Origin: a virus
Taxonomy: Duplodnaviria; Caudoviricetes
Strand: one strand, 5' to 3'
IMG/VR virus record: IMGVR_UViG_3300014204_000128
Span: 49,384-113,383 of that record
Length of the DNA stretch: 64,000 bases
Shown: positions 55,901 through 64,000 of the stretch, piece by piece
How positions within the stretch are numbered: position 1 is the first letter of the stretch
Layout: each line of letters begins with the position of its first letter
Notes under the pieces: model-generated
Database searches by the model: none
Seen by the model: the letters and a program-made list of their open reading frames with translations, nothing else
What the model was told of the DNA's origin: nothing
Program-made: the position numbers and the translations under genes

Positions 55901-57125
55901 GTGCGAAAAGTGTGAAGGCGAGATCTCTGATAGCGACAAGTTCTGTACTCACTGTGGTAGCCAACTAATGGACTCAATTTTAGTTGTGCCTGAAAACATA
56001 AAAGAAAGTGACTTAAAAACAAGCGTTACGGGTAAATTCTATTACATTGACAAAGAGGGAATGACAGAACCAGCTAATGAAGGTGAGTCAAAGAAAGACT
56101 TTATCAAGAGGTTAAAAAAGTTGGGAAAAAAGAATAATACTGACGCTTGTAAAGCAAAAGGTAAGAAGAAAATAGCAGACGCTGGTGAAGACGCGATGCT
56201 GGGGTCAGAAGATCCTACAATATCATTCGATCCAACTGACGCATATCAAGCAATGATTGAAGACATAGGGGCTACTGATGTAAATGCTTTCTTTGGGTCT
56301 GAAAAAGAATTCACAGGTATGGTGGATGAAATAGTAAACGGTGAAAACATGACAGAAGCTGAGGCTGTGGATGCTCTCATGCAAATGTTCTACCAATTCA
56401 TGGAAGACCCTGAAGGGTTCATGGCTGAGATGGAAGCACCTGTAGAAGATTCAGTGTCTACGAATAAGAAGGCTAGGTACGTGGTTGATCAACTGGTGAA
56501 GATACCAGGAGTAACGCATGGTAAAGCAGTAGCGTTATTGGCATATCACGGTTCTATGAAGAACATACGTGCCATGAAGGATTCAAAGTCGCTTTTAAAG
56601 TTCAAATACTTGAAGGATGTCGTCGGGGAGTCAACGGCAAAGAATGTGGTTGATTATTTCGCTGGGAAGAAGACGTTAGCAAGTTCGCCTTTGAACTATG
56701 ATAGTGTTGACGCAATCAGTTACGCTATGCAACGTTTAAATGATAGTGCTGAATTTTCAGAAAAGAAAACATATAATGAGAATAATATCATGGACGCTGC
56801 AAATCAGTATAAACAAGGTGGTTTTTCAAAAGTAGTCTACAAGTGTGAAAGTTGTAGTGGTGAAATATCTGATAGTGACAAGTTCTGCACACATTGTGGT
56901 TCTCAGTTAATGGATGCTACACAACAAAAAACATACGATGTGTTTTTTAATGATGATGACTCTTCTAATAATTTAGGGTTTAAGAAGAGTCTTAAATATT
57001 GTAAAGACTATATTAAACAACATAATGGTACAAAACATTTATATTTTGCAGATTATAAAGGAGGGTCAGTTTCTGTAGTATGTAATGAGACAGGAGATAT
57101 GGTCTACGAAACAACTGTAAAGTAG
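55881..57125 (+). CDS. polyprotein-like head protein with two Zn-ribbon cassettes and several small domains (including HhH)
   Basis: Cassettes at 55881-55973 and 56829-56915; HhH-like LVKIPGVTHGKAVALLAYHGS; linkers ending IADA, VEDS, MKDS, LNDS, IMDA. Confidence 0.8.
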   Translation: MKKVIYKCEKCEGEISDSDKFCTHCGSQLMDSILVVPENIKESDLKTSVTGKFYYIDKEGMTEPANEGESKKDFIKRLKKLGKKNNTDACKAKGKKKIADAGEDAMLGSEDPTISFDPTDAYQAMIEDIGATDVNAFFGSEKEFTGMVDEIVNGENMTEAEAVDALMQMFYQFMEDPEGFMAEMEAPVEDSVSTNKKARYVVDQLVKIPGVTHGKAVALLAYHGSMKNIRAMKDSKSLLKFKYLKDVVGESTAKNVVDYFAGKKTLASSPLNYDSVDAISYAMQRLNDSAEFSEKKTYNENNIMDAANQYKQGGFSKVVYKCESCSGEISDSDKFCTHCGSQLMDATQQKTYDVFFNDDDSSNNLGFKKSLKYCKDYIKQHNGTKHLYFADYKGGSVSVVCNETGDMVYETTVK

Positions 57126-57170
57126 AAATCTAGAAGTAACAGACGGTTTAAATATTTATCGATTAAAAAA

Positions 57171-57740
57171 ATGATAAGTGCAAATATACTAAAAGAACTG
57201 ATATTAGAAAAGGTCAGTAATCTCTCTGAAACAGAGATTACTGACCCTTTGTCAGTTCATAATGCTTATGCCGAAGCTATAACAGAACACATATCAGACA
57301 ATTTAGTAATCAATGGTGTGTACGCTGGAATGACAACAACTACACCACCAGTAGTAGATCCTCTAAGTGGAAGCTATTCCTGGGGCGTTTCTAACGTGGT
57401 TCTAGCTGGTCCTGCATTATATGCTAGTGTAACGGGTCAAACTGATCCTAGTATGGCATTTGTGGCATGGAAAACGGCAATACAGGTTGGAATTAAGACA
57501 ACTACATTCGCAGGTCAAGATAAGACAAGCATGGTTTCAATAACACCTGTAATACTAGCACAATTTACATTACAGATGGATCAGGACATGATCATACTTG
57601 GTAACTTCGATACAGTTGTAGGTATTATAGCAACTAAGATAGTTGATTCGATAAAAAGTACTATTGTTTCAAGCATGGTATCAGTGGGTACAACATTAAC
57701 ACCTGGAACAGGAACAGTCACTTTTATAAACTTAGAGTGA
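57171..57740 (+). CDS. hypothetical baseplate-region protein
   Basis: Located between spike and gp25; A.AITEHI..N motif and Gly/Thr-rich end. Confidence 0.65.
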   Translation: MISANILKELILEKVSNLSETEITDPLSVHNAYAEAITEHISDNLVINGVYAGMTTTTPPVVDPLSGSYSWGVSNVVLAGPALYASVTGQTDPSMAFVAWKTAIQVGIKTTTFAGQDKTSMVSITPVILAQFTLQMDQDMIILGNFDTVVGIIATKIVDSIKSTIVSSMVSVGTTLTPGTGTVTFINLE

Positions 57741-57894
57741 AGAAAATATATTCTATATCAAGTACATTAATAGAAACAGACTTAAGGGTCTTCTTCTTGA
57801 CAAGCGATAGATGTACTGGTATAGACTATTCTTTTTTAGTGATATTCTCGGTAGAAAACACAACAGGTACAAAAGAAGTTAAAAACTATAATTG

Positions 57895-58257
57895 ATGGCT
57901 AAATACATAGATATTCCACAAAATTTAGCAAGCAATCCAAATTTGCTCAAGGATGAGGAAGTCGTTGTCCAAAAAGTAAGAACACTACTGGTAACAGAAC
58001 CAGGAGAATTCATTGATATACCAACATATGGCACACCGCTGAAGCAGTTCTTGTACGAGGGTATAGTAGAAAACTCAGAAACTCTTGTAAAGATGACTAT
58101 AACGAACTCACTGTTGACATGGATGAGTGATGACGTGACAATTAACACAATAGAAGTTAACTCAAATATTGACGCTAACGAAATAGTGGTTAAATTAGAC
58201 ATTTACTTGAAAGAATATAATAAAAATGTTTCTGTTGTAGAAACTTTCAATGTGTAA
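57895..58257 (+). CDS. baseplate wedge / sheath initiator (gp25-like)
   Basis: Q.VRTLLVTEPGE...PTYGTPLKQFLYE. Confidence 0.88.
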   Translation: MAKYIDIPQNLASNPNLLKDEEVVVQKVRTLLVTEPGEFIDIPTYGTPLKQFLYEGIVENSETLVKMTITNSLLTWMSDDVTINTIEVNSNIDANEIVVKLDIYLKEYNKNVSVVETFNV

Positions 58258-58259
58258 TT

Positions 58260-61007
58260 ATGGCAATCGAATACAAGCAAGAAGAGTATTATAGTTTAGA
58301 TGCAATAGAAGCACGGTTGTCTATGGCACTGGGTAGTGATGCATGGGAAAATGTCAAGAAGACAGACCTTGGTCAGAACTTGATAAAATTCGCGTCTAAT
58401 GCGATACATATGGATGCTATGGCATTTTTTACTGGGTTGAACCAGATGTTCAGGTCTACAGTAACCCAGCAGGGTTACATGGAGGAGATAGCCAAGTCAA
58501 ATGGTGTGATACCAAAAACTTACATATCGGCAAACATAACGGTTTCATTGTATTCTAAAGACAACATAAGGTCATTCTTACCTTTGGATTTCTGTATGCA
58601 GGTGGGTGGAAAGAAATTCTATAACGTTACTGACATAACTATTGGTACAAGCTCAAATCCTACAACATTGGTACTATATGAAGGTTCAGCAATAAGAGAA
58701 GCATCTGAAGCTGGTCAGGCTCTGGGTGTATCATGGACATACACTAAGTACAAGGCTGTACAATCGGAAAAGATAGGGGATAGGATAGTACGTAAGTATT
58801 TGTTATTGCCAAGAGAACTGTATGTTGATTCTCTAATAGTGGAATCAAGTGTTGACTGGGACGTTCCATTCATACGATGGAACAAGGTAAAGACATGGCA
58901 CGGGGTCAAGAATACAGATAGGGCATGGAAACTAGGTAAGGACATGCTGGGCAGGTACACGGTAGAATTCGGTGACGGTATCTATGGAAGAGAATACCCT
59001 ACAAGTGACATAGTAGGTATACGATACATTCTCTCGAGTGGATCTGGTGTAACTGTAGACAATTTTAATTCATTCAAAATTTACGGGCAGGATATAAATG
59101 ACTTATCAACTACGTTTACGGTCGGTTCAATATCCAACCTAGTTGACGGCACTTCTGAAATAAATATGTCAGACTTGAACTTAGAAATAGAACAAGCCCA
59201 AAATACTAGGGATTCCCTGATTAATGAAGATGATTACAAGAATTACTTAACAAGCCGGGCGGATGTTCTATTCGCAAACGTTCAGGCTGAAAGGCATAAT
59301 AACCCACCAAACATTGAATATTTCAACACGGTTAAATACATGATAAAACCAAATGCTCCAGGAGGGTTGTTTAATGATGCTGAAATTCTGGAGTATCTTG
59401 GTAAAAAAGGGTTGAAGACAGTAGAATTCATGAAAACTAATGTCAAGATAGGTAAGTTCAATATAACAGTCAAGTTCGAAGCACTCGCAGGTTTCACACC
59501 TTCAGGGATAAACTCACAGATACAAAGTATACTGACAAATGCGTTCTCGTGGACTAGTTTGGGTTTTGAAGAGACTCTATCAAGAGAACGGGTTTACTCG
59601 TTAATCAAGGATATAGATGGTCTAAATACACAGACGCTTGAGATATCAGTTGAGTATATATATACTAATGAGCAAAGTGGGGATACTAGTTTCTCATTCA
59701 TAAACGGGTCAGAAGTAGAATTAAGGTTCTATCCAAGAAGATTCAAGATGTACATGGAATCTGACGCATTGATAAGTGGTACTATAGCACGGGACAATGG
59801 TAGTGGGAAACTATATGGTGACTTCACAGACTTAGAGAGATTCAACATATCAGGTACAGATGAAGGAATGTACCCAAACAGTTTCTGCTTTGGTGGTTTG
59901 ATGTTCATGTGTTCGGGAACAAGCGATGAAGCATTCATAGTTGACATAAGGAAACAAAACGGGGCAGTTTCCAAATTAAAATTCAAAGACATAGTTCTGA
60001 ACAGCACGTGGTGTGATAGATATAATGAACTAGTAACTATAGAATACTCTACATCACTAGATACATACTACTTAAGAAGTTACACGTTCCCAGAAAGTTT
60101 CTTCGATATGGGTGGATTCAGTTATATACAACTAGTTGATATACACGAGTACACAACAACTAAGAAGGAATTAGTACTAGATAAACCAGTAGGGTCTTTA
60201 CTGCCTACATGTTCGGTGTACAACGACAGCTACATATATGTAGTCTGGTCCATAAGCGGCGGTTACTCTAGTTTATACAGGTACAGGACTATGGCGGGTG
60301 GTTTCGAGTCAAGAGATTTAGCATACAATGGCACAGGTTTCCTAGAATTATCTGAAAAGGTGTGTAAATCACTGGTGTGTATCCAAGATGCTTTCAGAAC
60401 AAACCAGAACGTGTTGTTCATAGCAACAGGAGAAGGGTCAACTAATCAAACATGCCTAGATTGCGTTATAGACTTCGACAGGGCTGATATATGTGTATAC
60501 GAGAAAGACTTCTTTAGGATAACATTATCATCATTGTATACATTGCCTTTAAAATTCGGGTCATTGTCTACAGACGGGGATAGTCTATACGCTCCACTTA
60601 CATCAACGAATACAGGTGGTAAGACGGCAATAGTTAAATTGTACTCACTCAACGAAGACGGTACATGTAACATAAAACAATTAAGCGATGCAAGTGTTGA
60701 CAAGCTAATGAATGCATCATACTACATATACAATAGTTCTGCAAAAGTATACACATACTCGGGTGACACATACAAACTGTATACTGTTGACTTCGACGCT
60801 CTAAATGTAGCACCAACAAAAAGAGCGGGTGTGTCGGTAGGTAACTCTACATCCATAAAGAAAATAGCCGACATAGACTACGATATGATGAAGTTGGTAC
60901 TGGCATTAGACATAGAAGGAGAACTAAGATACGAATCTGAAAATCCACTAGTATACGAGAAAGAAGAAATGCCAATACTAAACACGGTAACAATTTATAA
61001 TAAATAA
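58260..61007 (+). CDS. baseplate wedge protein (gp6/gpJ-like) with long C-terminal extension
   Basis: IAKSNG..PK..ISA, VEFGDGIYG..P, IRYILSSG, R..LINEDDYK. Confidence 0.8.
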   Translation: MAIEYKQEEYYSLDAIEARLSMALGSDAWENVKKTDLGQNLIKFASNAIHMDAMAFFTGLNQMFRSTVTQQGYMEEIAKSNGVIPKTYISANITVSLYSKDNIRSFLPLDFCMQVGGKKFYNVTDITIGTSSNPTTLVLYEGSAIREASEAGQALGVSWTYTKYKAVQSEKIGDRIVRKYLLLPRELYVDSLIVESSVDWDVPFIRWNKVKTWHGVKNTDRAWKLGKDMLGRYTVEFGDGIYGREYPTSDIVGIRYILSSGSGVTVDNFNSFKIYGQDINDLSTTFTVGSISNLVDGTSEINMSDLNLEIEQAQNTRDSLINEDDYKNYLTSRADVLFANVQAERHNNPPNIEYFNTVKYMIKPNAPGGLFNDAEILEYLGKKGLKTVEFMKTNVKIGKFNITVKFEALAGFTPSGINSQIQSILTNAFSWTSLGFEETLSRERVYSLIKDIDGLNTQTLEISVEYIYTNEQSGDTSFSFINGSEVELRFYPRRFKMYMESDALISGTIARDNGSGKLYGDFTDLERFNISGTDEGMYPNSFCFGGLMFMCSGTSDEAFIVDIRKQNGAVSKLKFKDIVLNSTWCDRYNELVTIEYSTSLDTYYLRSYTFPESFFDMGGFSYIQLVDIHEYTTTKKELVLDKPVGSLLPTCSVYNDSYIYVVWSISGGYSSLYRYRTMAGGFESRDLAYNGTGFLELSEKVCKSLVCIQDAFRTNQNVLFIATGEGSTNQTCLDCVIDFDRADICVYEKDFFRITLSSLYTLPLKFGSLSTDGDSLYAPLTSTNTGGKTAIVKLYSLNEDGTCNIKQLSDASVDKLMNASYYIYNSSAKVYTYSGDTYKLYTVDFDALNVAPTKRAGVSVGNSTSIKKIADIDYDMMKLVLALDIEGELRYESENPLVYEKEEMPILNTVTIYNK

Positions 61008-61008
61008 A

Positions 61009-62538
61009 ATGTTAGCAGCTGAAGAATACAAGGGGTGGGTTTTACCAAGTTTACTAAAGATTCCTGTATGGAATGAATTCATAGATGCATTCATTAGTGA
61101 ACTGGTTACACTCCAAATGTATAACATGGGTACATATTCAGGTTCAGGAATGAATGGGGTTCCTGAAGACACTAACTTATATGACGAAACAAAGTGGGGT
61201 CTATGTACTCAGTACAATCCAAGCAAGAGCACATACGAACAGGGTGGTTCATTTACTTTATTAAACGGGTCACTTATTTTTAACAGTACCACTGATGTTA
61301 CAGATAATTTGGTTGTTATCGAATACCCACTGGTACTTGGAAAGAAATACAAAGTAGCGATTGAATTTTCACAGGTGGTGCCAAACCCGGGGTTGATAAT
61401 GGAACTGGGTCTCGGGTACGAAAGTACAGTAGAAAAAGAATTGGGAATAGACATAGGTGACTCTGACACACTATCATTTGAATTAGTGGCAGAAGATTAC
61501 TTTATATATTTGGCAGTAAGAGAAGGTAAAGGAACAGGTTCATTCACTATAAAGAACATAACAGTCACAGGTATATACAGTGAAAAAGACTTCGAAGAAA
61601 GAAACTTAGTACTGAAGAGACTCGTTAACATTGACAATGCATCACGGGAAATACTTGAAAGAATGCGGGACAGTATATCGTTCCCAAGCATACAGAATAT
61701 GCCCGAACAATTACTGAAACAAGTCATAAAAGACCACAATACATTTATAGCACACTCAGGATCAGAACTAGCATCAGTTATGTTCTTTTACTTTCTAGGG
61801 TACCAGGTAGAATTTGTTTACCTGTACGCAGATAAGACAGACTACGAGGCAACTAAATACTCGTACATTGCACAGAAGGCAGATGATTTGTTAGAATCAA
61901 ACCCACTAGGAACAATCTACGGTACGGTTGCAGAAACAGCAAGTGCCTCATACGTGATAAAACTACAGGAAGGACACCAGGTCATTGCAGGTGACCTGGT
62001 GGCAGACCAGCAAGTTCCTTTCAATCCTGTATTCATCAAGGTACTTTCTGTAGTGGGGCAGTATATAAACCTCGAGGAAAGGGTTTCTGTACAAGCAGGT
62101 CATTACATAGACATATACAGGAAATACACGTATGCTGTGAATCCTTATCCTGATAATTACTTTAAAACATCACATATTGATGTTTTCTTCAAACAGAAGT
62201 ACCTTAATGGTGTAGACTTGGATTTCAACAAACTCGAAGAATTCTTTGTGAAATACTTGCCAATAAATGTAACCATACGGTTTTTCGGGTACAAGACAGA
62301 ACCTGAAGACGAGACATTCTACATCAAAGAATCACGGTTCTCAACAACACCATTGAAAGAAGAAGCATTCAGGTTCAACGAGGGAAAGACTATGGCAACA
62401 GATCCATATATACACTTGGTGCAAAATAATACCCCAGTTAATATGTTAGACATGAATGGAACTCAGGTAGATGGGTATAGTTTCTCATGTTCTCATATAG
62501 ATCAGGGAACAGGACAACCAGTTTACGTAGTACTCTAA
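61009..62538 (+). CDS. putative baseplate wedge protein (gp7/gpI-like) with inserted beta-sandwich domains
   Basis: Position; HSGSE.A..MFFYFLG, KYLPINV. Confidence 0.5.
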   Translation: MLAAEEYKGWVLPSLLKIPVWNEFIDAFISELVTLQMYNMGTYSGSGMNGVPEDTNLYDETKWGLCTQYNPSKSTYEQGGSFTLLNGSLIFNSTTDVTDNLVVIEYPLVLGKKYKVAIEFSQVVPNPGLIMELGLGYESTVEKELGIDIGDSDTLSFELVAEDYFIYLAVREGKGTGSFTIKNITVTGIYSEKDFEERNLVLKRLVNIDNASREILERMRDSISFPSIQNMPEQLLKQVIKDHNTFIAHSGSELASVMFFYFLGYQVEFVYLYADKTDYEATKYSYIAQKADDLLESNPLGTIYGTVAETASASYVIKLQEGHQVIAGDLVADQQVPFNPVFIKVLSVVGQYINLEERVSVQAGHYIDIYRKYTYAVNPYPDNYFKTSHIDVFFKQKYLNGVDLDFNKLEEFFVKYLPINVTIRFFGYKTEPEDETFYIKESRFSTTPLKEEAFRFNEGKTMATDPYIHLVQNNTPVNMLDMNGTQVDGYSFSCSHIDQGTGQPVYVVL

Positions 62539-62550
62539 AAAAATAAAGAT

Positions 62551-63153
62551 ATGAATTTCAGTAAGAAAATGCAAGATTATATCGACAAGAAACTCGGTCG
62601 TGATTTTACATTCAGGATGAAGGGTGAGTTGACAATAAAGTGTAATGATAGAATAGTACTATCACAACATAACTTGATAGTAGATGAAGGTAAGGGCACA
62701 GTCATGGATTTGTTGGCATCAATAGGGGTAAACTTCGATTATACACCATTACCATTCAATGCTATTGTACTCACTAAGAACAACACTAGTGAAAGGGCAT
62801 CAGACACATTTAAAGAATCAGTGTACAAGTCTACACTGAACCAGATATCTAATGAAGGGGTTCTACATGTCGGGGGTTCAGGGGGTGGTCAAGTAGCCAT
62901 AACGCATGTTAAGGGGGCTCTGACAATGACAGTATCCGGAACATTGTCACAAGCGTTCGGTAATGATAGTGCAAACAATCATATAAACTCAGTTTGCCTA
63001 TGCTCCGGTACTAATCAACTGTACGGGGGACCAGGACAAGCAGCATACGCAGCAACGGGGAATGAAAGAATATTCGCACGGGTACATTGTGGAGATCTTG
63101 TTAAAACTGTGGACAAATCTTTTTCATTCAGTTGGTTGATAACAATACAGTAA
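62551..63153 (+). CDS. tail-fibre attachment / baseplate peripheral protein
   Basis: MKGELTI..HNLIVDEG..., IFAR....VKT...SFSWLITI. Confidence 0.6.
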   Translation: MNFSKKMQDYIDKKLGRDFTFRMKGELTIKCNDRIVLSQHNLIVDEGKGTVMDLLASIGVNFDYTPLPFNAIVLTKNNTSERASDTFKESVYKSTLNQISNEGVLHVGGSGGGQVAITHVKGALTMTVSGTLSQAFGNDSANNHINSVCLCSGTNQLYGGPGQAAYAATGNERIFARVHCGDLVKTVDKSFSFSWLITIQ

Positions 63154-63184
63154 TATGAAAGTCTATAAATGTGAAAATGCATGG

Positions 63185-63209
63185 AAGTTGTCAGGTTATA
63201 TGACAACTT
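63185..63209. other. 9-bp inverted repeat at end of late module (possible terminator/operator)
   Basis: AAGTTGTCA-ggttata-TGACAACTT. Confidence 0.4.
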
Positions 63210-63354
63210 TTATGATTTGTATGTGTAACGCTGATATAATACTATACTACAGAAAGTGAACCTATTGTTAAGATATATAAAATATATGTAAGGGACTATA
63301 AAACTAGATAAATAGGTAAGTGAAGAAATTCCTTAGTAAACTATCGCAGGGATC

Positions 63355-63398
63355 CTACGTACAAAAAGTACCACTTTTTTGGAGCTATGCAAATGAGA
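63355..63398. repeat. 44-bp dispersed repeat, copy 2
   Basis: 43/44 identical to 1421-1464; contains the ATG of the ASCH ORF. Confidence 0.95.
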
Positions 63399-63827
63399 TA
63401 CGAAACAATAGAACACGACTTACGGACATGCGAGGTTCGTTGCTTATCAATACGTCAGCCATATGCCGACTTGATGTTGGTAGATAAGATAGAAACAAGA
63501 ACTACAACAACCAGGTACAGGGGGTTAGTACTAATATGCTCGGCTAAAGAAGCCCACAGTGACTTTGCAGATGACATCAACTTTACAGCAACTCAATACA
63601 TACTAGGACACACCATAGCTATAGGTACACTTTGCGATGTTATACAAAAAGAAGCATTCACGGACTCGCAATGGAAGAAGACTTACGTAGATAATAAGTA
63701 CATGGGTTCAGTGTACGGGTGGGTGTTCAAGGACATACACAGGATAAACCCTTTCCCATACAAGGGGCAGCTAGGTCTGGTACGTGCAACTAAAGAAATA
63801 ATCGGACAAATAAATATAATATGGTGA
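63387..63827 (+). CDS. ASCH-domain protein
   Basis: LSIRQPYADL...KIETR..T.YRG.VLIC.A; PFPYKGQLGL. Confidence 0.88.
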   Translation: MQMRYETIEHDLRTCEVRCLSIRQPYADLMLVDKIETRTTTTRYRGLVLICSAKEAHSDFADDINFTATQYILGHTIAIGTLCDVIQKEAFTDSQWKKTYVDNKYMGSVYGWVFKDIHRINPFPYKGQLGLVRATKEIIGQINIIW

Positions 63828-64000
63828 TCATGGAAAAAGCAGAAGGCATCAGCAAAGTAAAGGAGATACTGTTGTCAAAAGATAACGGGTATTTCAAATC
63901 ATTCCTAGAATGTGATATAAAGGATTCTGATACTATAGACGAACTAGGTCTTGATAGTCTAAGCAGGGTGGAGGTAACACTCGACATGGAGAGAACTATC
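63821..64000 (+). CDS. acyl-carrier-protein-like (3'-truncated by window edge; not in ORF track)
   Basis: MVIMEKAEGISKVKEIL...DTIDELGLDSLSRVEVTLDMERTI contains the LGxDSL phosphopantetheine attachment motif. Confidence 0.75.
   Translation, partial: MVIMEKAEGISKVKEILLSKDNGYFKSFLECDIKDSDTIDELGLDSLSRVEVTLDMERTI

Noticed and set aside
1-64000. CRISPR array, tRNA/rRNA genes, integrase, transposase, reverse transcriptase/DGR
   Set aside because: No regularly spaced repeat-spacer array, cloverleaf or diagnostic motifs were seen by eye. The Zn-ribbon repeats differ mostly at synonymous sites rather than specifically at adenines. tRNAscan was not run.
1-64000. Stop-codon reassignment (alternative genetic code)
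   Set aside because: Conserved genes are full length in code 11, and TAA, TAG and TGA all occur at natural gene ends.

Overview
A 64-kb internal segment of a large AT-rich tailed-phage genome with T4-like myovirus morphogenesis genes. Essentially all genes are on the + strand. The host is most likely in Bacteroidota: TTTG/TAnnTTTG promoters, A-rich start contexts without Shine-Dalgarno, and a DUF4494-like gene. Gene order: the 3' part of an ATP-dependent DNA ligase; a variable region (~0.7-10 kb) with a frameshifted ibrB/ybdM pseudogene, a GNAT, an apparently imported SNF2-IbrA-IbrB cassette, a candidate structured RNA and a lysozyme-like lipoprotein; a replication/recombination/DNA-modification block (RecA, two amino-MTases, one with two inteins, a PLP enzyme, a three-way split SbcC plus SbcD, primase, RuvC-like, MazG, ThyA, DnaX-like, sigma factor); then the late head-neck-tail-baseplate module; ending in an ASCH gene and a truncated acyl-carrier-protein-like gene. 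The most notable signal is a repeated ~31-aa Zn-ribbon cassette (CxxC-GEISDS-KFCxxC-GSQLMD) fused to unrelated domains. A recurring hydrophobic-x-Asp motif sits at these junctions and at the T4-equivalent maturation position of the major capsid protein. Together these suggest a capsid-targeting, Asp-specific-cleavage cargo system. A precisely spaced late-promoter motif (6 copies) also appears to drive a stand-alone ~80-nt small RNA. All functional calls come from motif recognition by eye; no database searches were run.
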